DNA of 64,000 nt from an uncultured delta proteobacterium (GCA_963816395.1 CAWFKQ010000004.1:64001-128000), one strand, 5' to 3'. Counted from the first letter of the stretch, positions 33,007 through 43,505 are shown. Notes: a model not told the origin generated them from the sequence alone. Program-made: numbers and translations.

Positions 33007-33579
33007 ATGCTTGTCAAGCTGAGCCAAATCGCAAAGATCCAGATGGGATACTCCTTTCGGTCCCGGTTGGAACTGATGGAGCGGGGTGGAGTTGCGGTCA
33101 TCCAGATGAAGGACCTGACCGGGGATAACCGCGTCGACTGCGATGGTTTGACGCGAATAGGCATGGAAATCAGGGAGCATCATCTGGTGCTGCCTGGGGA
33201 CCTGATCTTTCGCTCACGCGGGCAGGTGACCACATCCGCCATCCTGACTAAAGATCCGGGTGAGGCGGTTGTTGCCGCTCCCCTTTTTCGCATCAGAGTC
33301 ACCGATAATTCCGCCATGCCCGAGTATCTGAACTGGTTCATCAGTCAGGCGCCGGCCCAGAGTTATCTCGTCAGCCATGCCAGGGGAACGGCGCAGCAGA
33401 TGATCAGCGCGGAGGTATTGAAAAGCATTGAGATCGCCTTGCCCCCGTTTGCACGCCAGCGGGCGATTGTCGAGATGGCCGAATTGTCAGAACAGGAAGA
33501 AAAACTGATGCGGAAAATCGCCGAAAAGCGCCGGCAGTACATAGCCACCATGCTGTTGCAATCAACGGAAGGAGAATAG
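33007..33579 (+). CDS. Half-size type I R-M specificity-subunit-like protein (single TRD)
   Basis: KLSQIAKIQMGY, L-PGDLIFRSRG, PEYLNWFI, LPPFARQRAI followed by a coiled-coil segment; about 190 aa. Confidence 0.75.
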   Translation: MLVKLSQIAKIQMGYSFRSRLELMERGGVAVIQMKDLTGDNRVDCDGLTRIGMEIREHHLVLPGDLIFRSRGQVTTSAILTKDPGEAVVAAPLFRIRVTDNSAMPEYLNWFISQAPAQSYLVSHARGTAQQMISAEVLKSIEIALPPFARQRAIVEMAELSEQEEKLMRKIAEKRRQYIATMLLQSTEGE

Positions 33580-33583
33580 TTCC

Positions 33584-35141
33584 ATGTCCCCGAAGATCAA
33601 CCAGAAAGACGTCAACTACGCCGCGTGGGCGGCCTGCGATACCTTCCGGGGGGTCGTCGACCCAGCCCAATATAAAGACTACATCCTCGTCATGCTCTTC
33701 CTGAAATACATCTCCGACGTCTGGAAGGACCACTACGAGGAGTACCGGAAGCAGTACGGAGACGACGACGTCCGCATCCGCCGCAAGCTGGAGCGGGAGC
33801 GGTTCGTCCTGCCGATGGCGGAGCTGAAGGACCACCAGACCGGCGAGGTCGAGGACCGGTTCCTGGCGGACTTTTACAGCCTTTACGAGCGGCGCAACGC
33901 CGCCAACATCGGCGAGCTGATCAATATCGTGCTCGACGGCATCGAGGAGGCGAACAAGGTCAAGCTGGAAGGGGTGTTCCGCAACATCGACTTCAACAGC
34001 GAGGGCAATCTCGGCAAGACCAAGGACCGCAACCGGCGCCTGAAGCTTCTGCTGGAGGATTTCGCCAAGACCGCAGCTCGATATGCGCCCCAGCCGCGTC
34101 ACCGAGGATGTCATCGGCAATACCTACATCTACCTGATCGAGCGGTTCGCCGCCGATGCCGGGAAGAAGGCGGGGGAATTCTACACCCCGCACAAGGTTT
34201 CGGAACTGGTCGCCAAGCTCGCCGATCCCAAGCCCGGCGATCGGATCTGTGACCCGGCCTGCGGGTCAGGCGGCCTGCTGATCGAGGCGGCCCGCGAGGT
34301 GGGGAGCCGCAACTTCGCCCTCTTCGGCATGGAGTCGAACGGCAGCACCTGGGCGCTGGCGCGGATGAACATGTTCCTGCACGGCGCCGACAGCGCCCGC
34401 ATCGAATGGTGCGACACCCTAACCAGCCCGGCGCTGGTGGAGAACGACCGGCTGATGAAGTTCAAGTGGTCGTCGCCAATCCGCCCTTTTCCCTCGACAA
34501 ATGGGGCGCGGACGAGGCCGACACCGATCGCTACAACCGCTTCTGGCGCGGCGTGCCGCCCAAGTCGAAAGGGGATTGGGCCTTCATCAGCCACATGGTC
34601 GAGGCGGCGCTGGAGAAGGAAGGGCGCGTCGCCGTCGTCGTCCCGCACGGGGTCCTCTTCCGCGGCGGCGCCGAAGGTCGCATCCGCCAGAAGATGATCG
34701 AGGAGAACCTGCTCGATGCCGTCATCGGCCTGCCGGGGAATCTCTTCCCGACCACCTCCATCCCGGTGGCGATCCTGGTCTTCGACCGCAGCCGGGAAAA
34801 GGGGGGTGCCAACCAACGGACCAAGGACGTCCTCTTCGTCGACGCCAGCCGCGAGTACTCTGCCGGGGAAGAACCAGAACGCCCTCTCCGACGAACATAT
34901 CCGCAAGATCGTCGCCACCGTCGACGCCTGGGAGGACGTGGAAAAATACGCCCACCTGGCGACTTTCGAGGAGATCCGGGAGAACGACTTCAACCTGAAC
35001 ATTCCCCGCTATGTGGATACCTTCGAGGAAGAGGAGGAGATCGACATCGACGCCGTGCAGCGGGAGATCGATCAGCTGGAGAAGGAGCTGGCCGAGGTAC
35101 GGGCGAAGATGGCGGCGAAGCTGAAAGAGATCGTGCGATGA
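33584..35141 (+). CDS. hsdM: Type I R-M methyltransferase subunit (m6A), three apparent frameshifts
   Basis: YKDYILVMLFLKYISD, GEFYTP, DPACGSGG (motif I), NPPF (motif IV), PHGVLFRG, FNLNIPRYV. Confidence 0.95.
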
Positions 35142-35156
35142 ATCCGAAAGGCACTG

Positions 35157-35230
35157 ATCCGCAGATTTCGCAGATTGGCGCAGATGAGAATCCAATAAAG
35201 AATCTGCGGAAATCTACCTCATCTGCGGAT
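35157..35230. repeat. CGCAGAT-based 9-10-mer inverted-repeat element
   Basis: ATCCGCAGAT-TTCGCAGAT-TGGCGCAGAT...AATCTGCGGA-AATCTACCTC-ATCTGCGGAT; 10-bp perfect terminal inverted repeat. Confidence 0.8.
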
Positions 35231-35241
35231 AGGGGGAAGAA

Positions 35242-36292
35242 ATGAGCGATGAGGTCCCGGCAAAAGGGGAATTCCTGGTCTACAGGACCGAGCGACGGCC
35301 GCTTGAAATTGGAAGTCCGGCTCGAAAACGACACTCTGTGGCTGACGCAGCAGCATATGGCGGAGCTGTTTCAGAGCAGCAAGCAGAATATCGGACAGCA
35401 CCTCAAAAACGTCTTTGAAGAAGGGGAGTTGGATCAGGATTCAGTTGTAAAGAATTTCTTTACAACTGCCGCCGACGGGAAAAATTACGACACGAAATTC
35501 TACAACCTCGATGCCATCATCTCGGTTGGCTATCGGGTCAAAAGCCTGGTCGCCACCCGCTTCCGCATCTGGGCGACCCAGCGCCTGAAGGAGTACATCG
35601 TCAAGGGCTTCACCATGGATGACGAGCGGCTGAAGAACCCGCCCGTCGCCGGCTCCGGGGTTCCCGATTATTTCGATGAGATGCTGGAGCGCATCCGCGA
35701 CATCCGCGCCAGCGAGCGGCGGATGTATCTGCGGGTGAAGGAAATCTTCGCCATGGCCGGGGACTACGACCCCTCCTGGCCGGAGACGACCAAATTCTTC
35801 AGCATCATCCAGAACAAGCTCCACTACGCCGCCACCGGCCTGACCGCCGCCGAGCTGATCCAGAGCCGCGCCGACCATGCCCACCCCAACATGGGGCTGA
35901 CCACCTGGAAGGCGGGTGAGGTGCGCAGGACCGACGTGACTGTCGCCAAGAACTACCTGAACGAGCAGGAAATCGACGAGCTGAACCGGATCGTCGTCAT
36001 GTGGCTGGACTATGCCGAGGACCAGGCCCGGCGGCGCAAGCAGGTCTTTATGAAGGATTGGGAGCGTAAGCTCGATGAATTCCTGGCCTTCAACGAGCGA
36101 CGGGTGCTGCCGAATGCCGGCAGCGTCAGCAAGCAGGCGGCCGAAGAGCATGCGCGGCAGGAGTATGAGCGGTTTGCCGAGCGGAGGCGGGAGCATAAGG
36201 AGGCTGTTGGGGAGGGGGAGTCGATTAAGGCGTTGGAGGAGGCGGCGAAGTTGGTGGGGCGGGAGCAGAAGAAGGTGGAGGGTGGGGAATGA
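35242..36292 (+). CDS. RhuM-family protein (frameshift near 35292)
   Basis: MSDEVPAKGEFLVY, then TLWLTQQHMAELFQ, YNLDAIISVGYRV, FRIWAT, RIRDIRASERR, VAKNYL. Confidence 0.9.
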
Positions 36293-37494
36293 TCCCAGAT
36301 GGATGGAAAAAAAAGCCTCTCGCTATGGTCGCCCATATCCAAACTGGTATTGCAAAGGGAGCAAAGAAGCTAAAAAAGCCTGCTGAGCTGCCATATTTGA
36401 GAGTTGCTAATGTTCAGGATGGTTTTCTCGATCTTTCACACATAAAAACCATTGAGATAGATAGCGCTCAAATTGAACGCTACCTTCTGCAAGTCGGGGA
36501 TGTTTTACTTACAGAGGGTGGAGACTTCGATAAATTAGGTCGTGGTGCTGTTTGGAAAGGGCAGATTGCGAAATGTGTTCACCAGAACCATGTATTCGTT
36601 GCTCGCCCAAAATCCGGGATAATTTTATCAGAGTTTCTTTCGTTGCTGACCGGCAGTCAGTACGGAAAAGCGTATTTCCTTAAATGTTCCAAACAAAGCA
36701 CCAATCTTGCGAGCATAAACTCTACGCAGCTTAAAGAATTCCCCGTTCTATTACCCCCTCTTCCCGAACAAACCGCCATCGCCGGCCTACTTTCCACCTG
36801 GGATACGGCAATCAAGAAAACAGAGCGGCTGATTGCGGCGAAGGAGGGTCAGAAGAACAGCCTAGTGCAGCAGCTGCTGACCGGCAATCAGCGACTGTGC
36901 GGGTTTCAAAAACCCTGGTCAGAATTCCACCTCGGCGAACTTTTCAAGGAGCGCGCGGATAGGGCCAGCGACCACCTTCCTTTGCTTTCGATTACCAGCG
37001 GTGAGGGCGTCATCCCTCGTAGCGGAGAGCGAAAAGACACTTCCAGCGAAGACAAGTCCAAATACCTGCGCATCTGTCCTGGCGACATCGGTTACAACAC
37101 CATGCGCATGTGGCAGGGAGTGTCGGCCCTTTCGTCTCTTGAGGGGATTGTCAGCCCGGCATATACCATTTGCACGCCAAAGAAGGGAATCGACGGGGAG
37201 TTCATGGCTTACCTCTTTAAGCTCCCCCGTGTGATCAATCTGTTTTATCGGTACTCGCAAGGACTGACATCTGACACCTGGAATCTGAAGTACAAGCACT
37301 TTAAGCAAATCAAAGTAACGGTCCCTGAGGTCGACGAACAGAAGTCAATAGCCAGAATTCTGAAGTTTTGTGACGAAGAAATTGATCTGCTGAAAAAACA
37401 GGCTGAAGGCTATCGCAAGCAGAAGCGCGTACTGATGCAGAAGCTTCTGACCGGGAAGTGGCGGGTGAAGGGCGGAAAGGAACAGCCGGCATGA
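36289..37494 (+). CDS. hsdS: Type I R-M specificity subunit (two TRDs)
   Basis: IPDGW start; two conserved helical regions LPPLPEQTAIA...QQLLTG and VPEVDEQKSIA...MQKLLTGKWRV. Confidence 0.95.
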   Translation: MIPDGWKKKPLAMVAHIQTGIAKGAKKLKKPAELPYLRVANVQDGFLDLSHIKTIEIDSAQIERYLLQVGDVLLTEGGDFDKLGRGAVWKGQIAKCVHQNHVFVARPKSGIILSEFLSLLTGSQYGKAYFLKCSKQSTNLASINSTQLKEFPVLLPPLPEQTAIAGLLSTWDTAIKKTERLIAAKEGQKNSLVQQLLTGNQRLCGFQKPWSEFHLGELFKERADRASDHLPLLSITSGEGVIPRSGERKDTSSEDKSKYLRICPGDIGYNTMRMWQGVSALSSLEGIVSPAYTICTPKKGIDGEFMAYLFKLPRVINLFYRYSQGLTSDTWNLKYKHFKQIKVTVPEVDEQKSIARILKFCDEEIDLLKKQAEGYRKQKRVLMQKLLTGKWRVKGGKEQPA

Positions 37495-38408
37495 GCATAG
37501 GTGTTTTTAGAATTCTTTCAATAGACGGAGGAGGGATACGCGGAGCCTTTCCTGCGCACATCCTTAGCTGCATCAAGCATCGTCTCCAGATCAATATTGA
37601 TGACCATTTCGATATGATCGCCGGCACAAGTACCGGCTCAATTGTAGCTGCTGCAGTTGCTTGCAAGATCGACCCCGAAGAAGTCGTCGGGCTGTACCGT
37701 GAGCATGGGCCATCCATCTTTACGCGAAAAAGGTCTCTGCTGCCGGACAAGTACCAACCTGGGCGGGAAAGCATTTACAAAAATGAGAATCTGAAAAAAG
37801 TCCTCGAAAAAAGATTTGGGGGTATCAAGCTCGGCGAAATCTCAAAGCCTCTTCTGATTCCTGCGACCGATGTTGGGAACGGTGGTGTCCACGTCTTTAA
37901 ATCTGCATATCAAAAGGATTATCACAGGGACGGGAAGGTGTTGTTACATCAGGCGGTTCTGGCATCTTGTTCGGCGCCGACATATTTCAACCCAACAAAA
38001 GTCGATGAGTACTTGCTTGCGGATGGTGGGCTCTGGGCCAACAACCCATCACTTGCAGCGGTTATTGATGCACAACGTCGCTTGGGTATAGAGCTACCTG
38101 ATGTCCGAATTTTGTCGCTAGGGACCGGTCATGCAAAAACCTGCTATGGCGTTAAGAGTGACCGAGAGTGGGGCCTATTGAATGGTTGGAAGGGCACGGA
38201 GTTTATCAGTTTTTTGATGTCGCTGCAGGCGCAGACGACCCACAACTATCTGCAACTGATGTTGGAGAGTGAGCAAATCCTGCGGCTCGACTTTGACTCG
38301 GATTGCCCACTCCCCTTGGACGACTGCTCGGCGCTTGATGATCTCATTTCAAATGCAGATCGGATTTTCACTCACAATAGTTCGAAAATCAGTGAATTTC
38401 TAACGTAG
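37491..38408 (+). CDS. capV: CBASS patatin-like phospholipase effector (CapV-like)
   Basis: RILSIDGGGIRG, GTSTG (catalytic Ser), ASCSAPTYF, DGGLWANNP, LSLGTG; directly upstream of a CD-NTase. Confidence 0.9.
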   Translation: MSIGVFRILSIDGGGIRGAFPAHILSCIKHRLQINIDDHFDMIAGTSTGSIVAAAVACKIDPEEVVGLYREHGPSIFTRKRSLLPDKYQPGRESIYKNENLKKVLEKRFGGIKLGEISKPLLIPATDVGNGGVHVFKSAYQKDYHRDGKVLLHQAVLASCSAPTYFNPTKVDEYLLADGGLWANNPSLAAVIDAQRRLGIELPDVRILSLGTGHAKTCYGVKSDREWGLLNGWKGTEFISFLMSLQAQTTHNYLQLMLESEQILRLDFDSDCPLPLDDCSALDDLISNADRIFTHNSSKISEFLT

Positions 38409-38425
38409 ACAAGGATGGTATAGCG

Positions 38426-39610
38426 ATGACTAGTGACCAAAAAAGACAGCTCCTGGAAAAGATGGTGGCACTTTTGGAGCTCCCAGACACCGCGTACGAG
38501 AGAGCTAAGGACCGTTATGATGACATCGGTGAGTGGTTTGGTCGGGATGACTCTACCTGTAAAGATTACGACCCTCACATTTTTCCACAAGGGTCATTTC
38601 GTCTCGGCACGGCCATTCGACCACTCTTGAAAGATGAAGCGTACGATCTCGACCTTGCCTGCAAAATACGGGAAGGTATCACAAAGGAATCTCATACTCA
38701 GAAGTCGCTGAAGGAATTGATCGGCAACGAGCTTGAATTGTACCGCAGGGCCAGAGGAATCAGTGCCCCCTTGGAACCGAAACATCGCTGCTGGCGATTG
38801 GAATACCAAGACCATCTCAACTTTCATATGGACATCGTCCCATGCATTCCTGCGGATGACTGGAGAAGAGGACTAATCTTTGAGTCACTGAGGAAATCGT
38901 GGCAAGACGATGTTCTTGCCGACGCGGTTGCACACCTAACGGTGGCAATTACTGATGACCGTTACCCGGCATATCGAGAGATTTGCAACGACTGGAACAT
39001 TAGCAATCCTGAGGGGTATTCGAAGTGGTTTGTGTCCCGGATGAACGAGGGGATACGGTCTATCGTTGAAAAAGCACAGGTAGACGAAATCCCGGTTTAC
39101 AAGAGGAAGACGGTTCTTCAGCGCTCAATTCAACTGTTAAAACGTCATCGCGATGTCATGTTTCAGGAGGATTCGGATGTAAAGCCTATATCCATAATCC
39201 TCACCACACTGGCGGCGAGATCCTATGAAGGTGAAACGGATCTTCTCTCAGCCCTGGCCGGCATCCTCGAACGAATGGAATGCTTCGTAAACCCCGCGAC
39301 ACCAAGAATCCCCAACCCTGTTGACCCTGCTGAAGATTTCGCCGATCGATGGTCGATGCCGAAATATAAACATCTTAATCTGGAAAAAAACTTCTGGGAT
39401 TGGCTGAGGCAGGTAAGGGCAGATTTTGGCATCTTGATGCAATCGAATGATGCCGAGTTTATTACAGAGCAGGCAGGGCAGAAATTTCGAGCAAATATGG
39501 ATACGTCCGAACTTAGAAAAAGTCTGGGTTTGGTTTCGGGCGTATCTGTAGTTGTTCCGAAAACCCACTCCATCGAGGCCACGCCCCCGAGGCCTTGGAA
39601 GCAGAAATAG
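38426..39610 (+). CDS. CBASS cGAS/DncV-like nucleotidyltransferase (CD-NTase, SMODS)
   Basis: PQGSFRLGTAIRP...YDLD (hGS...DxD), FHMDIVP (third Asp), SNPEGYSKWF, LQRSIQLLKRHRD, PISIILTTLAA, IPNPVDPAEDFADRW. Confidence 0.93.
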   Translation: MTSDQKRQLLEKMVALLELPDTAYERAKDRYDDIGEWFGRDDSTCKDYDPHIFPQGSFRLGTAIRPLLKDEAYDLDLACKIREGITKESHTQKSLKELIGNELELYRRARGISAPLEPKHRCWRLEYQDHLNFHMDIVPCIPADDWRRGLIFESLRKSWQDDVLADAVAHLTVAITDDRYPAYREICNDWNISNPEGYSKWFVSRMNEGIRSIVEKAQVDEIPVYKRKTVLQRSIQLLKRHRDVMFQEDSDVKPISIILTTLAARSYEGETDLLSALAGILERMECFVNPATPRIPNPVDPAEDFADRWSMPKYKHLNLEKNFWDWLRQVRADFGILMQSNDAEFITEQAGQKFRANMDTSELRKSLGLVSGVSVVVPKTHSIEATPPRPWKQK

Positions 39611-39614
39611 ATAA

Positions 39615-40274
39615 GTGAAAGTACAAGATCGCCACGATATCGCAAATTTCCTAATAGATTATCCCGGCATGGTTACCCGGCCATGCCGGGATAATCGAAT
39701 CCTGCTTCGCGGCACGTTTACTTTCTGTGCAGCCCCCGTAGCCGGAAGCGAGATATGTAGTGCCTATGAGCTCGAAATAGAAGTCCCTGCGTCATTTCCA
39801 CGAGGAGTGCCGAAGGTAAAGGAGGTATGCCAGAAAATTCCTCGGGATGGAAAGCATCACGTTAATCACGATGACACTCTCTGCCTCGGTTCACCCCTTC
39901 GACTTCTAAAAAAGATCGCCGAATGCCCCACGCTGCCAGGATTTGCCGAAAAATGCCTTGTGCCGTTTTTGTATGCCGTATCGAAAAAACTTCAGGGTGA
40001 TGGCGAATTCGCTTTTAGCGAGTTGGCTCACGGAGAAAAAGGTGTCGAAGATGACTACATGGATCTTTTCGGGCTCAGATCAGCCGAACAAGTTCTCAGG
40101 GCTTTGGAATTGGCTGGTATGAAACGTCGAATTTCGAATAAACGACTCTGTCCGTGCCATTGCGGACAGCGCTTAGGTCGCTGTAAATTTCATAAAAAAT
40201 TAAACAAATTTAGAAGCTTGGCTCCTAGATCCTGGTTTAGAATGCACCGCAGAAACTTGGGTGCTTGGGCTTGA
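39615..40274 (+). CDS. E2/UBC-like protein with C-terminal SEC-C-like Zn motif (CBASS ancillary)
   Basis: YELEIEVPASFPRGVPKV and HVNHDDTLCLG match the UBC pattern including the catalytic Cys; C-terminal CPCHCGQRLGRCKFH. Confidence 0.75.
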   Translation: MKVQDRHDIANFLIDYPGMVTRPCRDNRILLRGTFTFCAAPVAGSEICSAYELEIEVPASFPRGVPKVKEVCQKIPRDGKHHVNHDDTLCLGSPLRLLKKIAECPTLPGFAEKCLVPFLYAVSKKLQGDGEFAFSELAHGEKGVEDDYMDLFGLRSAEQVLRALELAGMKRRISNKRLCPCHCGQRLGRCKFHKKLNKFRSLAPRSWFRMHRRNLGAWA

Positions 40275-40301
40275 ATCCCCCCCCGGCACTGAGGCGATAA
40301 T

Positions 40302-43300
40302 ATGGATGGCTTCCGCTTCAACGAAAAATACCTCTCCCAGATCCCGGCGCTCCAACTCCTCCTCAACCTGGGTTACGAATACCTCCCCCCCGACCAGGCC
40401 CTCAAAGAGCGCCAGGGCAAATACGGCAACGTCCTGCTCGAAGACATCCTGCGCAACCAGCTCAAGCGGCTAAACCGCATCAGCTACAAGGGCGGCGAGT
40501 ATCTCTTCAGCGAGGAGAACATCCAGACCGCCATCCAGAGGCTGAAAAACGTCAAATACGACGGACTGCTGAAGACCAACGAGGCCATCTACGACCTGAT
40601 CACCCTCGGCACGGCCCTGGAGCAGACCATTGAAGGGCGACTCCAAAAGCTTCAACCTGAACTACATCGACTGGCGCAACTGGGAGCGCAACATCTTTCA
40701 CGTGACGGCCGAGTACAGCGTTGAGCGCTCCCGCAGCACGGAGACGGCCCGTCCCGATATCGTCCTCTTCGTCAACGGCATCCCGCTGGCGGTGATCGAG
40801 TGCAAAGCGCCGAAGGTCGAGGTGGAGCAGGCGGTCTCGCAGTCGATCCGCAACCAAGAGCGACGAATACATCCCGAAGCTCTTCGTCTATTCCCAGATG
40901 GTCATGGCGGTGAACAAGAACGAGCGCCAGGTACGCCACCGCGGGCACCCCCGCCAAATTCTGGTCGGCATGGAAGGAACTGCGGGACAAGGACAAGAGA
41001 TGTCGACTAATGGTGAACCGGCTCTTTCGCCGCCGAAAAGCAGGACCAGATGTTCAACGACGACTTCGCCGTCGCCCGGCGCTTCTTCGAGGCGCAGGCG
41101 GCCGAGGCGGCGCGGCTGGTCACGGAACAGGACAAGGCAATTTACAGCCTCTGCCGCCCGGAGCGTCTGCTGGAACTGGCCTACCGGTTCACCGTGTTCG
41201 ATGGCGGCCTGAAGAAGATCGCCCGCTACCAGCAGTATTTCGTCGTCAAGTCCACACTGGAGCGGATCAGGCAGTTCGACCGCGACGGGCGGCGCAAGGG
41301 CGGTATGATCTGGCACACCCAGGGCTCAGGTAAGTCGCTGACCATGGTGATGCTGGCCCGAACCTGGCGCTGGACCGTGAAATCCCGAACCCGCGAATCG
41401 TGCTGGTGACCGACCGCGACGACCTCGACAAGCAGCTCGGGAACACCTTCGCCGCCTGCGGGCTCGAGCCGAAGCGGGCAACCTCCGGCCGGAACCTGCT
41501 GGAGCTGGTGGCGGAAGAGAATGCGGCGATCGTCACGACGCTGATCCACAAGTTCGACAAGGCGCTCAACTTCAAGAAATACCAGGACGACTCGCACCGA
41601 CATCTTCATGCTGGTCGACGAGAGCCACCGTACCAACTTCGGTACCTTCGCCGCGCGGATGCGGCAGATGTTCCCGAACGCCTGCTATCTCGGCTTCACC
41701 GGGACACCGCTGCTGAAGAAGGAGAAGAACAATTTCCTCAAGTTCGGCGGGCTGATCGAGCCGCATTACTCCATCAACCAGGCGGTGGAAGACGGGGCGG
41801 TCGTTCCGCTGCTCTACGAGGGGCGGCAAGTGGAGATGGAGCAGAACAAGGCCGCCATCGACCTCTGGTTCGAACGCCACACCCAGGGGCTGACCAAAGA
41901 GCAGCAAGCGGACCTGAAGAAGAAGTACGCCCGCGCCGAGATGCTGAACAAGGCCGACCAGGTCATCTACATGCGCGCCTTCGACATCAGCGAGCACTTC
42001 CGCGCCAACTGGCAGGGGACCGGATTCAAGGCGCAGCTCGTCGCGCCGAACAAGGCATCCGCCCTGAAGTACCACGAGTACCTGAACGAGATCGGCTACA
42101 TCACCTCGCGAGGTGCGTCATCTCGCCGCCCGGATACCCGCGAAGGGTACGAGGAGACCGACGACGAGCCGACGGACGAGGTGGTGAAGTTCTGGCAGAA
42201 GATGATGAAGCGCTACGGCAACGAGGAGGAATACACCAAGCAGATCATCAACCAGTTCAAGTCGGGGCGGAGCCGGAAATCCTCATCGTCGTGAGCAAGC
42301 TGCTGACCGGTTTCGACGCGCCGCGCAACACCGTCATCTATCTGTGCAAGGAGCTGAGGGAGCATACGCTGCTGCAGGCGATCGCCCGGGTGAACCGGCT
42401 GTGCGAGGAAAAGGAGTTCGGTTACGTGATCGACTACGCGGGCTGCTCGGGGAACTGGACAAGGCGCTCACCATGTACAGCGCCTTCGAGGGGTACGACG
42501 AAGACGATCTCCGGGGGACGCTGGCTTCGGTGCTGGCCGAGATTGAGAAACTTCCGCAGCGATATTCGGACCTGTGGGATCTTTTCAAGACCGTGAAGAA
42601 CAGCTACGACGAGGAGGCGTACGAGGTCCTGCTGGCGGACAATGCCGTGCGCGAGGATTTTTACGAGCGGCTGGCCGAGTACAGCAAGACTCTCGCCATC
42701 GCCCTCTCGACTGAATCGTTCATCATGCGGGACGGACGGCGACAAGCTCCGCCGCTACAAGGCCGATCTGAAGCGCTTCCAGAACCTGAAAGTCGCGGTG
42801 AAGCTGCGCTACGCCGAGGCTATCGATTACCGGGACTACGAGCCGAAAATCAGGAAGCTGCTCGATACCCACATCCAGGCCAACGAGGTCATCCAGCTGA
42901 ACGAGCCGGTGAACATCTTCGACGACCGGATGTTCAGCCTGGTCAAGGAGGAGCAGGGCATCTACGGCGGCAAGACAACCGCGGCCAAGGCGGATGCCAT
43001 CGCCCATGCCACCAAAAAGGTCATCACCGAAAAGATGGATGAGGACCCGGCCTTCTACAGCAAATTCTCCCAACTGATACAGCAGGCGATCGACGATTTC
43101 CGGGCACGGCGGCTTTCCGATATGGAGTACCTGAACCGGGTCGCCGACCTGCGCGATAAGGTCGTCACCCGGCAGCATGATGAGGTGCCCGAGCAGCTCG
43201 CGGGCAATGATGACGCCCTGGCCTATTACGGCGTCATCAAGGGCTTCTTCGCGCAGGAAAAGCTGGGTGATGGCGATTGCGAGGAGCTGTCGGCCGAGAC

Positions 43301-43505
43301 CGCCATCGCTATCCAGGACATTCTGAGCCGCCACTGGAAGGTGCAGTTCTGGGACGATGACGACGCGCAGAAACAGGCGATCAACGAGATCGACGATTAC
43401 CTGTACGACGAGGTCAAGGGACGCCGGGGCGTCGAGATCGCCCTCGACCAGATGGATGAGCTGATCGAGCGGACCATGCAGGTGGCCCGGCACCGGAGCG
43501 CCTGA
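40302..43505 (+). CDS. hsdR: Type I R-M restriction subunit, multiple apparent frameshifts
   Basis: PDIVLFVNGIPLAVIECK, RYQQY, WHTQGSGKS, DESHR, GFTGTP, LLTGFDAP and LLQAIARVNR across consecutive ORFs. Confidence 0.95.

Noticed and set aside
37458..37490. Longer N-terminus for the patatin gene, as in the ORF track
   Set aside because: ATG 37491 has an AAGGA RBS, overlaps the hsdS stop and starts just before the conserved RILSIDGGG motif.
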